Source: Pavona decussata (Eukaryota). From it: a stretch of 63,871 bases of DNA. Location of the stretch: contig CDRNST010000599.1 in assembly GCA_977016875.1 (NCBI GenBank), forward strand, positions 1 to 63,871, read 5' to 3'. The notes below the pieces were generated by a model. That model saw only the letters and a program-made list of their open reading frames with translations. It made no database searches and was not told the origin of the DNA. Both the position numbers and the translations under genes were made by a program. Positions 14,201 to 26,195 of this stretch are shown piece by piece. The stretch's first letter is position 1, and the number at the start of each line of letters is the position of its first letter.

Positions 14201-15935
14201 TGTCGTGGACAGACAAGCCACTTTTACAGATACTTCCACTGAGATAAATGGAAATAGCTCTGTGCCTTTAGTCTGTGACTGTTGTGGACTGACAAGCCAC
14301 TTTCACAAGTACTTCCACCACAGTAAGTTGCATGGTGATGGCTCTATGGCTGCAGTCTGTGACTGAGTGAACCGACAAACCACATTCACAGATACTTCCA
14401 CCAGAATAAGTAGCTCTGTGCTGCAGTCTGTGGACCAACAAGCCACTTTCACAAATACTTCCACCAGAATAAGTATCTTCCTGGACCGACGAGCCACTTA
14501 CACAGATACTTCCACCAGAATAAGTAGCATGGAGATAGCTCTGTTCCTTCAGTCTGTGGCTATCGTGGACCGACAAGCCACTTTTACGGACACTTCCACC
14601 AGAATAAGTAGCATGGAGGTAGCTCTGTGCCTTCAGTCTGCGGCTGTCGTGGACCGACAAGCCACATTCACAGATACTTCCACCAGGACAAGTACCATGA
14701 AGATAGCTCTGTGCCTTCAGTCTGTGGCTGTCATGGACCAACAAGCCACTTTTACACATACTTTCACTGAGATAAGTAGCATGGAGATAGCTCTGTGCCT
14801 TCAGTCTGTGGCTATCGTAGACCGACAAGCCACATTTACAGATACTTCCACCAGGATAAGTAGCATGGAGATAGCTCTGTACCTTCAGTCTGTGGTTGTC
14901 ATGGACAGACAAGCCACTTTTACAGATACTTCCACTGAGATAAGTAGCATGGAAATAGCTCTGTGCCTTTAGTCTGTGACTGTTGTGGACTGACAAGCCA
15001 CTTTCACAAGTACTTCCACCACAGTAAGTTGCATGGTGATGGCTCTATGGCTGCAGTCTGTGACTGAGTGAACCGACAAACCACATTCACAGATACTTCC
15101 ACCAGGATAAGTAGCATGGAGATAGCTCTGTACCTTCAGTCTGTGGTTGTCATGGACAGACAAGCCACTTTTACAGATACTTCCACTGAGATAAGTAGCA
15201 TGGAAATAGCTCTGTGTCTTTAGTCTGTGACTGTTGTGGACTGACAAGCCACTTTCACAAGTACTTCCACCACAGTAAGTTGCATGGTGATGGCTCTATG
15301 GCTGCAGTCTGTGACTGAGTGAACCGATAATGGAAATAGCTCTGTGCCTTTAGTCTGTGACTGTTGTGGACTGACAAGCCACTTTCACAAGTACTTCCAC
15401 CACAGTAAGTTGCATGGTGATGGCTCTATGGCTGCAGTCTGTGACTGAGTGAACCGACAAACCACATTCACAGATACTTCCACCAGAATAAGTAGCTCTG
15501 TGCTGCAGTCTGTGGACCAACAAGCCACTTTCACAAATACTTCCACCAGAATAAGTATCTTCCTGGATTGACGAGCCACTTACACAGATACTTCCACCAG
15601 AATAGGTTGCATGGAGATAGCTCTGTTCCTTCAGTCTGTGGCTATCGTGGACCGACAAGCCACTTTTACGGACACTTCCACCAGAATAAGTAGCATGGAG
15701 GTAGTTCAGTCTGTGGCTGTCGTGGACCGACAAGCCACATTCACAGATACTTCCACCAGGACAAGTAGCATGAAAATAGCTCTGTGCCTTCAGTCTGTGG
15801 CTGTCATGGACCAACAAGCCACTTTTACACATACTTCCACCAAAATAAGTAGCTTGGAGGTAACTCTGTTCCTTCAGTCTGTGGTTGTTGTGGACTGGCA
15901 AGCCACTTTCACAGATACTTCCACCGGAATAAGTA
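11252..15935 (-). repeat. 84-bp satellite array, reverse
   Basis: Reverse-complement units (cttcagtctgtggctgtc...) with recurring variant and deleted units. Confidence 0.95.
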
Positions 15936-16212
15936 ATGTCGCCTCATGTTGCCAATGAGAACGTTGGGGTTACGGCTAGAAATCGAGAAACGGTAGGGTT
16001 AGTTCAGGTTTGGGTTACAGAAGTGAGGGTCGTGTGCATTGGAACAGGGTCGAGTCACTCTACGCACACATAACGTGCAAGACCACAGTTAGTATGGACT
16101 GTGTCCCCATCGACATGAGCTTGGGGTTTGTCATAAATGGACACCATACGCTGCGCCCGTGCTAACCCTAGAAACCCCAAGGTGGGGACACATGGGGACA
16201 ATTTTATCAAAA
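15936..16212 (-). repeat. Inverted copy of the left end of the tyrosine-recombinase block
   Basis: Reverse complement of 27581-27857; ORF 16055-16276 matches ORF 27544-27738. Confidence 0.9.
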
Positions 16213-17172
16213 TATCTGTGAATGTAGCTTGTCGGTTCACGACAGCCACAGACTGAAGGCACAGAGCTATCTCCATGCTACTTATTCCGATGGAAGTATC
16301 TGTGAAAGTGGCTTGTCAGTCCACGACAACCACAGACTGAAGGAACAGAGTTAACTCCAAGCTACTTATTTTGGTGGAAGTATCTGTGTAAGTGGCTTGT
16401 CGGTCCATACAGTTACAGACTGCAGCCACAGAGCCATCACCATGCAACTTATTGTGGTGGAAGTGCTTGTGAAAGTGGCTTGTCAGTCCACGACAGTCAC
16501 AGACTGAAGGTACAGAGCTATCTCCATGCTACTTATCCTGGTGGAAGTATCTGTGAATGTAGCTTGTCAGTTCACGACAGCCACAGACTGAAGGCACAGA
16601 GCTATCTCCATGCAACTTATTCTGGTGGAAGTGTCTGTAAAAGTTGCTTGTCAGTCCACGACAGCCACAGACTGAAGGAACAGGGCTATCCCCATGCTAC
16701 TTATCCAAGTGGCAGTATCTGTGAATGTGGCTTGTCGGCCATGACAGCCACAGAGTGAAATGCTTCTTATCTCAGTGGAAGTATCTGTAAAAGTGGCTTG
16801 TCGGTCCACGACAGCCACAGACTGAAGGCACAGAGCTATCTCCATGCTACTTGTCCTGGTGGAAGTATCTGTAAAAGTGGCTTGTCGGTCCATACAGATA
16901 CAGACTGCAGCCACAGAGCCATCACCACGTAACTTATTGTGGTGGAAGTGCTTGTGAAAGTGGCTTGTCAGTCCACGACAGTCACAGACTGAAGGTACAG
17001 AGCTATCTCCATGCTACTTATCCTTGTGGAAGTATCTGTGAATGTAGCTAATGTGTCTGTGACATCCATGCTACTTATTTTATTATCCTACTGGAGGTAT
17101 CAGAGAATGTTACTCATACTTTGATGAGAGTTTCGGCATGCATCCAAAGGTCTCCATGCCACTAATCCTGGT
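16213..17172 (+). repeat. 84-bp satellite array, forward, ending in a conserved degenerate cap
   Basis: Cap ...attatcctactggaggtatcagagaatg...ccactaatcctggtg is shared with ~5378-5480 and ~31802-31906. Confidence 0.93.
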
Positions 17173-17380
17173 GTATCATACAGCATGAGTATGATTTTTT
17201 TTGTTATCCGTATGACATAGAGTGAGCATCATGACAGAGCATGAACATCATGGCAATAATTCCAATCGATATACCTAAATCACACGTAAACCACATACAC
17301 CATCCCTTGAACTCCATGATACGAGGAGCATGATACTCATTATTTCAGATATCAATGGATTTTTGCTATGATCCTCATGC

Positions 17381-17628
17381 TTACTGATTGCACCACATAA
17401 ATCGTGGGACCAACTGATGAGTCCTCCCACTAAAAATAATGGACGAAAAGCTCACTGTATCATACAGTGAACTGCTTGCACCACATAAATCGTGGGACCA
17501 GCTGATGAGTCCTCCCACTCTAAAAGTAATGGACGAAAAGTTCACTGTATCATACAGTGAACTTACTGGTTGCACTACATAAATTGTGGGACCAGCTGAT
17601 GAGTCCTCCCACTCTAAAAATAATGGAC
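17381..17628 (+). ncRNA. Tandem hammerhead ribozyme array; middle unit 17492-17570 intact
   Basis: accag-CUGAUGA-gucc-loop-ggac-GAAA-aguucacugua/uca/uacagugaacu-UA-cuggu has the full core, stems I, II and III, and predicted cleavage after A17565. gtggga (17492-17497) is complementary to loop II tcccac (17513-17518). Unit 1 has a damaged cleavage site and unit 3 stops after ggac. Confidence 0.88.
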
Positions 17629-18610
17629 ATTGCTATGATACTCATGCTGTATGATACAGATACACACAGCATTATTGTTTGCTATGATCATAGCAATGAA
17701 CCAACCAATTGATGGGTTCAGATCCCAGTTTGCCACTAGCTTTGATTGCTATGATACTGCATGGGATTACAGGACCATGATACAACTCTATGGGCACAAT
17801 AATATCGTAAAAAATCATTATACGGGGCATTGATATCTGTATCACACAGCATGGGTATTCCATATCATGGCAATAAGTCGTTTATATCATGCTCTTGTAT
17901 CATAGCATTAATTTTTATGAGGCCACATCATAAAAGCATGCCAATTTGCATTTATTGTATTAATCCGTTAATTGGTTAATTGGTTAACACTCTACAGCAT
18001 GAGTAATTATAGCAGTAATGAGTGTCAGCTTTCCTGTATCATAATGCATGAGTATCATAGCCGTAATCCCAATAAAAATCTGTATCACACAGCATGAACA
18101 TCATGGCATGAATCATGGCATCATGCTAGGTATCACAGGAACATGCTACTAAATAATGCACACGAAAACAGTCATTGCACACTACAGAAAGTACACACAC
18201 CTTATGACCTAACCCTAACCCCTAACCACAGATATTGTGGCTCAATTGTCCTAATACTTACTCTATATGTGATACAGATAATACAGATACTCTGCTACTG
18301 ATGCGCTTACATATGCATGGGGCGAACAGTATGGGGACACACCCACAATGACACGCATTGGTATGTGCAAAAGTCACGTGGAATATTAATGAGTTCGCAC
18401 CTCAATTTTAGATCGAGAACTTTTTTGTCCTATCTAGGTTTCTCGCCGTCCGCTCTTTTCCTTGTCTTCAACTAAAGAGTAAGTAGAGATGAAATGCATC
18501 TACGCATTTAATTAAGAGTTAACCACTATAACAAGCGATGTGGCCACAACTTAAATTGGCTCATTATGATTGGAACTAGGTCCGTGCTATTCTATACATA
18601 CTATAGGAAT

Positions 18611-20413
18611 ATGGATCCTGGACATTCTTCTAAATTGCAATCTCATGATGCTGAGGTAAGAGACAAAAGAATCGAGAAAAGGGGTCTGGGTAAAAGGGTT
18701 GCAGGTCACTCTCTCCTCTCTTTCTAAAAAAAGGGCCCTCCAAGAAAGAAACAGACGACTTTGGAGAAACTTGGTCTAGATGCGGAAAGATTTTATTGTG
18801 GACCACTCTCTTCTCTGGGAACCTTTCGAATCCTTTCTAAGAACGAAATTAGAACCACTCTGGAAGAAGTTAAATGTATTTCTCTTTTTCCGATCACTCT
18901 TCACCCAACAGGGAAACATACCACTTTATCCTCTGCACTCAACAGATCATTTAGTTCAATTCGTAAGGAAGTATAGGGGGTGTATAGCCTAAGTAGTAAA
19001 GTTAATAATTTTAAAGGGAAGTGTATTAATAAAAATTAATCATACAGCTACAAATTTGGAAGTAAAAGTGCATCATGATCAACGTAACTTTGTTGTTGAA
19101 CATGTTACAAACGAAATGATGAGGGATGCTGCTACTATCCAGAAGATTGAGAGTTTGATACATCATATTGCTGACATTTGTGCGAAAGCTCAAGTTGACT
19201 CGACACAGTCAGGCCATGGTCAGAAGGTTTGTATGTGTGTGTGTTTCTGTCTGTCTCCACGCTAGCTGCTACATATACATGTACCTTGTTCATAAGTGTC
19301 GAGTGAGGAGTTATAACGTTCCTTTTTGGCGTTGAAGACATACATATTGTGTGAGTTTCACTAAATGCATTAGACAGAAGACTCACCAACAGTTCTGGAC
19401 AAGACTGGAAACGATTATGTCAAGTGCATGCTTTAATACAGCTCCGAGGGTCTCATACTTTAGTGTTCATTATTATCTTAATCTGTGTTTTTTGTTTAAG
19501 GAGGACTTTGACGAACTTCTATGGTCAAGTATTTCTTCAGCAGTGTTAGGAAGTAATTCTGTCGTGTTTACGCAATGTGAAATTGCTGGTGAAACTCTGC
19601 CTCATGGTGATGTAGACGTAATTGCTAGTCTGATTGGTGAGGAGAGCAGCATTGACTTCCCTACTGCTATTGGTATTGTTCTTAGTGAGAGCAACGCAAC
19701 TGTTCCAGTTGATGATGCCATTGGTATATCAGCAAAGACACGCAATTCATTGCGCACAAAGCCACCTAGTAAGTTTAAATAAGGAAGTAAGTTAAGTCCC
19801 TTTGTTTATCTACTACAAATTTATTTTCTACAGATCCCCAAGGTGTAGTAGAATGCCTTTCATTGTCTGAGATACAGCAGGTCAGAGACAAACCTGTTCT
19901 CTTTATTTCAGGTATGTACACAAAATTTAATGAAAATCAGATGGTTTACCATCTGAAGTCTCCAAGATTTTTATTCAGGTTGATTGTTTGAGGACATAAT
20001 GTTATGCAGGCTCCCGGGAGGCATTCAGACCATTCTTGAGAGTACTGGAACTGGATTTAGTTCTCACTACTGCAGAGGCCATTAAATTTTGGAACACCAA
20101 AGAAAACAAACCACACTTGACGGGTCTTGTTCTACTTATTGTTCTAATGTTGGGAGTGTCTTCATCTTCAGGAGTGCCATTACAATTAGCAAATACACTA
20201 ATACTTGCGGAGCACAAAATTTTGCAGTGGCCAAAGACAATGTGGAACTCATATTATGAAAGTAGTGTAGAAAAGTACAGTAAAAAAATTACGGCAAAGA
20301 GAAAGGGAAAACAACCCTCTGAAGTCCCTGAACGTATCACACATTCAGTGTCAGTACCTGTAGCCATTGTTGATGAGAAAACAGTGTATTTAAAACGTTT
20401 TGTACCAAAATAA
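18611..20413 (+). CDS. Cassette gene copy 3 (variant A, apparently identical to copy 1)
   Basis: Offset +18243 from copy 1; all ORF-track peptides are identical. Confidence 0.75.
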
Positions 20414-20688
20414 TCTTGGAAGCTGTATCATATTCCGCTATACACAAATTATTTCTTATACCACTTCCATTGTATAATTAAGATTCACTTTGCTATAGAA
20501 GTTAAGGTTGACTACAATGGATACGTATCACAAGTATACATTATGCTTGACGCCTATTAGTCTAGTTTACTTCTAGTACTTCTTATAAACTTCTAGTGCC
20601 TCTAACAAAATATAGACTACTATAAGAAGCACTGGAAGTTTATTATAAGTACTAGAAGTTGGCATCCTAGACAATAATAAATAATAAT

Positions 20689-20735
20689 AAATAATGGACG
20701 AAAAGCTCACTGTATCATACAGTGAACTTACTGGT
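20689..20735 (+). ncRNA. 3' half hammerhead of cassette copy 3
   Basis: aaataatGGAC-GAAA-stem III-UA-CUGGU with predicted cleavage after A20730; complements the 5' half at 17591-17628. Confidence 0.75.
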
Positions 20736-20994
20736 TGCACCACATAAATCGTGTGATACTGAGTGAGTATAATGGCAATGATGTTCATGCTCTGTCATGA
20801 TACTCACTCTATGTGATAAAGAAATCATACTGTGTGTGTCTCATGTGTCTCATAGTATTGCCTTTACGTCATTTGTTGATAAAGGAGCATGATACCAATG
20901 ACACAGCAATATAATTATTAACAAATTAGATGATTTCAGACAAGATGACAGAGTCAGAAAGTAAGGCACGGGAAGATATTCTGTAGTGTGTAAT

Positions 20995-23095
20995 GACTAG
21001 CTCTGTGCCTTCAGTCTGTGGCTGTCGTGGACCGACAAGCCACATTCACAGATACTTCCACCAGGACAAGTAGCATGAAGATAGCTCTGTGCCTTCAGTC
21101 TGTGGCTGTCATGGACCAACAAGCCACTTTTACACATACTTTCACCGAGATAAGTAGCATGGAGATAGCTCTGTGCCTTCAGTCTGTGGCTATCGTAGAC
21201 CGACAAGCCACATTTACAGATACTTCCACCAGGATAAGTAGCATGAAGATAGCTCTGTACCTTCAGTCTGTGGTTGTCATGGACTGACAAGCCACTTTTA
21301 CAGATACTTCCACTGAGATAAGTAGCATGGAGGTAGCTCTGTGCCTTCAATCTGTGGCTGTCATGGATTGACAAGCCACTTTTACAGATACTTCCACCAC
21401 AATAAGTTGCATGGTGATGACTCTGTAGCTGCAGTCTGTGGCTGTTGTGGATCGTGAAGCCACATTCACAGATACTTCCACCAGGATAAGTAGCATGGAG
21501 ATAGCTCTGTGGCTGCAGTCTGTAACTGTATATACCGACAAGCCACTTACACAGATACTTCCACCAAAATAAGTAGCTTGGAGGTAACTCTGTTCCTTCA
21601 GTCTGTGGCTGTCGTGAACCGACAAGCTACATTCACAGATACTTCCACCAGGATAAGTATCATGGAGATAGCTCTGTACCTTCAGTCTGTGACTGTCGTG
21701 GACTAACAAACCAATTTCACTAGCACTTCCACCACAATAAATTACATGGTGATTGCTCTGTGGCTACAGTCTGTAACTCTATGGACCGACAAGCCACTTA
21801 CAGAGATACTTCCACCAAAATAAGTAGCTTGGAGGTAACTCTGTTCCTTCAGTCTGTGGTTGTCGTGGACCGGTAAGCCACTTTCACAGATACTTTCACA
21901 GATACTTTTTTTGTTAACATGAAACATAAATGGATGACAATATATGAGCAACCAGGAAGATACACGGTATCAATACAGTGTGTCTTTTCGTCCATTATTT
22001 TTAGAGTGGGAGGACTCATCAGCTGGTCCCACTTACGCACGCAACAGATGCTGAGACACACGCGCTGAGACACACACACAAATATAACTTTCACAGATAC
22101 TTCCACCAGAATTAGTAGCTCTGTGCTGCAGTCTGTGGACAGACAAGCCACTTTCACAGATACTTCCACTAGAATAAGTAGCATGGAGGTAAATGTGCCG
22201 TTAGTGTGTAGCTGTCGTGGATCGGCAAGCCACTTTCACAGATACTTCCACCAGAATAAGTAGCATGGAGATACCTCTGTACCTTCAGTCTGTGGTTGTC
22301 ATGGACTGACAAGCCACTTTTACGGACACTTCCACTAGAATAAGTAGCATGAAGGTAGCTCTGTGCCTTCAGTCTGTGGCTGTCATGGACCAACAAGCCA
22401 CTTTTACACATACTTTCACTGAGATAAGTAGCATGGAGATAGCTCTGTGCCTTCAGTCTGTGGCTGTCGTGAACCGACAAGCTACATTCATAGATACTTC
22501 CACCAGGATAAGTAGCATGGAGATAGCTCTGTGCCTTCAGTCTGTGGCTGTCGTGAACCGACAAGCTACATTCACAGATACTTCCACCAGGATAAGTAGC
22601 ATGGAGATAGCTCTGTGCCTTCAGTCTGTGGCTGTCATGGACCAACAAGCCCCTTTTACTAGCACTTCCACCACAATAATTTACACTGTCGTGGACTGAC
22701 AAGCCACTTTCACAAGCACTTCCACCACAATAAGTTGCATGATGTTAGCTCTGTGCCTTCAGTCTGTGACTGTCGTGGACTGACAAGCCACTTTCACAAG
22801 CACTTCCACCACAATAAGTTGCATGGTGATGGCTTTGTGGCTGCAGTCTGTAACTGTATGGACCGACAAGCCACTTACACAGACACTTCCACCAAAATAA
22901 GTAGCTTGGAGGTAACTCTGTTCCTTCAGTCTGTGGTTGTTGTGGACTGGCAAGCCACTTTCACGGATACTTCCACCAGAATAAGTAGCATGGAGATAGC
23001 TCTGTGCCTTCAGTCTGTGGCTGTCGTGGACAGACAAGCCACTTTTACAGATACTTCCACTGAGATAAATGGAAATAGCTCTGTGCCTTTAGTCT
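20995..23095 (-). repeat. 84-bp satellite array, reverse, interrupted by a ~180-bp spacer containing an HHR
   Basis: Reverse units with a unique spacer at ~21906-22085. Confidence 0.93.
21951..22032 (-). ncRNA. Hammerhead ribozyme variant B inside the satellite
   Basis: Reverse complement of 62062-62143. Confidence 0.8.
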
Positions 23096-23813
23096 ATAAT
23101 AGAAGTACATTTATTAGAAGTTGACTAGAAGTGGATTAAGAAGAAAGTAGTACTGGAAATTTCAGGTCCGTAGTCACAATTCAAATTTCAAATGTTGCGA
23201 TTGCGCGTGCGCAATGACTGCCAGCGAGTACTTCGAATAACTTAGTGAGCATGCGCTATGCCTTCCGTGCTACCTCTGGACACGTGCACTGTCGGTTGTC
23301 TCTCAACGCTGGTGACGTCGGTGTCTTCGTTGATAGAGCAGGTCCTAACAAGTGTTGGCACCCTGCCTGTTTCATGTGCTCGGATAATATAGAAGTGGAC
23401 TAGAAGAGGATTAGATGTACTTATTAGATACTCATGTTGTGTCAAGCAAAGATCAATAGTATGATTTTTATTACACTCTTCAGAAACAAACCATTGCCTC
23501 CATTTTAGGTGCTGTTTCTCTCTCAAAGCAGGTTACACTCTCTGCCGGCTGTGAAAAATGGAGTCGTTCCCGTACTACAGAGAGAATTATGGAGCATCTG
23601 ATCGTCACTTTGGGGTGTTTAAATCCAATAACCCGTACGTACGTGGAAGCTTGATAGATTTAAAGGTCGTTAAGTCTGCCTTAGAGAAAGTATCAATATA
23701 TGCTTTAGCACCTATGAGGATTTCATCAAGACTAAGTAAGTTAAACTTGTATGTATTTAAATAGGCTTGTTTTTCAATATTCCCCATTTGTCACTGTTTG
23801 TAATTTTAATCAG

Positions 23814-25565
23814 ATGGCAAGTCATTGTCTGAGTGCTTGACTTTACGTGAAGACCAGGCTAGGTCACCACCATCTGTGAGCAGTGAGAAAATGAGACGAA
23901 GAATTGAACTTGAGGTTGTCAGAGAAAAAAAAAAGTTGGTGCAACTTGGACATATATTTTCACCCTCACTGGATGAATTAGTCCAAAATGAAACGTTTCT
24001 TAATCTTTTGCAATGTCAAATCCTCTCGCTGTGTTCAGTGGCAACAATTCAATCAGAAAAGATCAAGAATGCTGACACAGTTCGTGAAACAGTAAGTTTC
24101 TTGCTGCCTTCTGGCTAGCTAGACCTTCAAAACTAACTACTGCAGATAGCTTCCAAGGGCTTATGTTAAGATATCATTTGATCTTCAAAGTGTAAGACCA
24201 TACTAAATTTGATCAGACCTATGATGCTAATGGTCCGATATCACATTAATTAATAGTCAGATTTCTGCTGACCAGATCTGAAAAGTAATTAAAACTGACC
24301 TTTGCTAGACCTTCCTTTTTTTTGCGCACATGTAATAAAAATGAGTGTCTAGCTTGCCAGACTAAGTCCACTGTAGCTTAGGGGGCTATCTTATAATGTA
24401 TATAATTTCTGGATTCCATGCAGGAGCTCGTGTTTGAGCAGGAGCTGTTTTGTAATATTCTACAAACTGTTCTTGTTGCTCCGTATGTACTTCATTCCCA
24501 ATGCCAAACGGAATGCCAAACACTTCCAACAGCTAAATTCGACTTAGTTGTAACCAGAGAAACAGTTGCTCCGTATGTACTTCATTCCCAATGCCAAACG
24601 GAATGCCAAACACTTCCAACAGCTAAATTCGACTTAGTTGTAACCAGAGAAACAGCATGCGCCATGGAAAATTCCGTGACGGTCACAATTGAAACTAAGA
24701 GTGTTGGGTCTGTAAGTGAAGAGACTCTGGACACAGGGATGACAAACAAGACCGACACTACAATGAATTTGGAGAAACCTAGTATGTTACATAACTAGTA
24801 TGTTACATAATTATAGAACCTTTCATTCCAACAAATTCCAAATTTTCATAGCAGAATTGTCACAGAATGCACTTTGTTGCCACCACTATGATTTTTGATA
24901 TTCGTTGCCATAGTGAGTTGAAAGTATGAATGAGTTTGGCTTCTTTTCCTCCATTTGTTTTATACAGATGTTTCAGTTGTACTGGAGGCACTGATTTTTT
25001 CTGAGTTAAACTGCAACAATGTAGTGAGACTTGTATCAGGTAAGTATCACTACACTAAAAAAACCCGATCATACTGCATGTGGAGGACATGTCCACACAG
25101 AATATACAGTACGTATAATTATTGTATTTTATAATTGCAGGAAGCAGAAGTTTTGTTAGGCCGTTCATCAGAGTTCGTAAACACGACACTCTACTTACAT
25201 TGCCAGCAGTAAAGAAATGGTGGTTGGCGGAAGAATTTCAAATTGAAGGATGTGTAATTCTTTTACTTTTTCTGCAAGCTGGTACAGGCATCTACCCTGG
25301 ATTTGATGAGATTTTTTTAAACGAAGCATGTAGAGCAATAGATTGTTGTTGTGGATGGGGCAAGGCGTACGAACCCATTGAGGTGAAATACCCCAAAACG
25401 TTGAAGCAGACAAAGCCAACAACCAATTCCTCTGCTTTGAGAGGATTAACACTTGATGAAAGTTTAACAGTACGCCATATGTCTAAAGATGAAGCAATGT
25501 CACTGTACTATAGCGAAAGACGTGATGCACCACCTGCTTCCAAAAAGACAAAACCCAGCAAATGA
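23814..25565 (+). CDS. Diverged paralog of the cassette gene, PD-(D/E)xK-like (last four exons; 5' exons at ~23250-23700 unresolved)
   Basis: Exons 23814-24091, 24424-24781, 24968-25039 and 25141-25565 have the same phases as cassette exons 3-6. FEQELFCNI..SQCQ..LPTAKFDLVV..IETK, VVLEALIFSEL..LVSG and SRSFVRPFIRV..DTLLT align with the cassette protein. In-frame 90-bp duplication at 24475-24654. Confidence 0.7.
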
Positions 25566-25828
25566 ATAATTAAAACTTCTGAGATGATGTTATTGCATTT
25601 TACTCTTTGAATTGTCACACTGTATATCAATATTAGACTTCTGTGTATATCAATATTAGAAGTACTACATGTAGATATTTAATTTTTCAATTATTTCTGA
25701 ACCCTAACGATCTGAATGAACATGAGAGAGCTGATGACGATCAGAACACACCAGAGCAGGTACAGAGGGTGTTAATTGTTCACGTGATGTCACGTGACAC
25801 AATTAAGTACGTCAATATGTCATCTGTC

Positions 25829-26120
25829 TTCTAATCAACTTCTAGCACTTCTAATTTACTTGTACTCCATTCGTAGCACTTTCAAACCACCTCTAGTCCA
25901 CTCGTAGTACTTCTATTCTACTTCTAGTAGTTGTAATACTTCTAATCCACTTCTAGCACTTCTAATGTACTTCTAGTCCACTCGTAATACTTTTAATTCA
26001 CTCCAGTCATAGCACTTCTAATGTACTTCTAGTCCACTCGTAATACTTTTAATTCACTCCAGTCATAGCACTTCTAATGTACTTCTAGTCCACTCGTAAT
26101 ACCGATCCAGTCATAGCACT
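25829..26120 (-). repeat. ACTTCTA/TAGAAGT-rich short-period repeat
   Basis: Dense cttctaat/cttctagt motifs, opposite in orientation to the tagaagt tract at ~23098-23160; inverted copy within 36339-37053. Confidence 0.8.
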
Positions 26121-26195
26121 AATAAGTCTGGCAAGGAGGGAGTAAGAATCAAACCCGGTATGGCCGGTAAGTCACGTGCAATCGTTATACATATA

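Noticed and set aside
11252-15935. CRISPR array
   Set aside because: Contiguous tandem units without unique spacers, no cas genes, eukaryotic context.
25731-25760. CTGATGA as another hammerhead
   Set aside because: No stem II followed by GAAA and no stem I/III pairing found.
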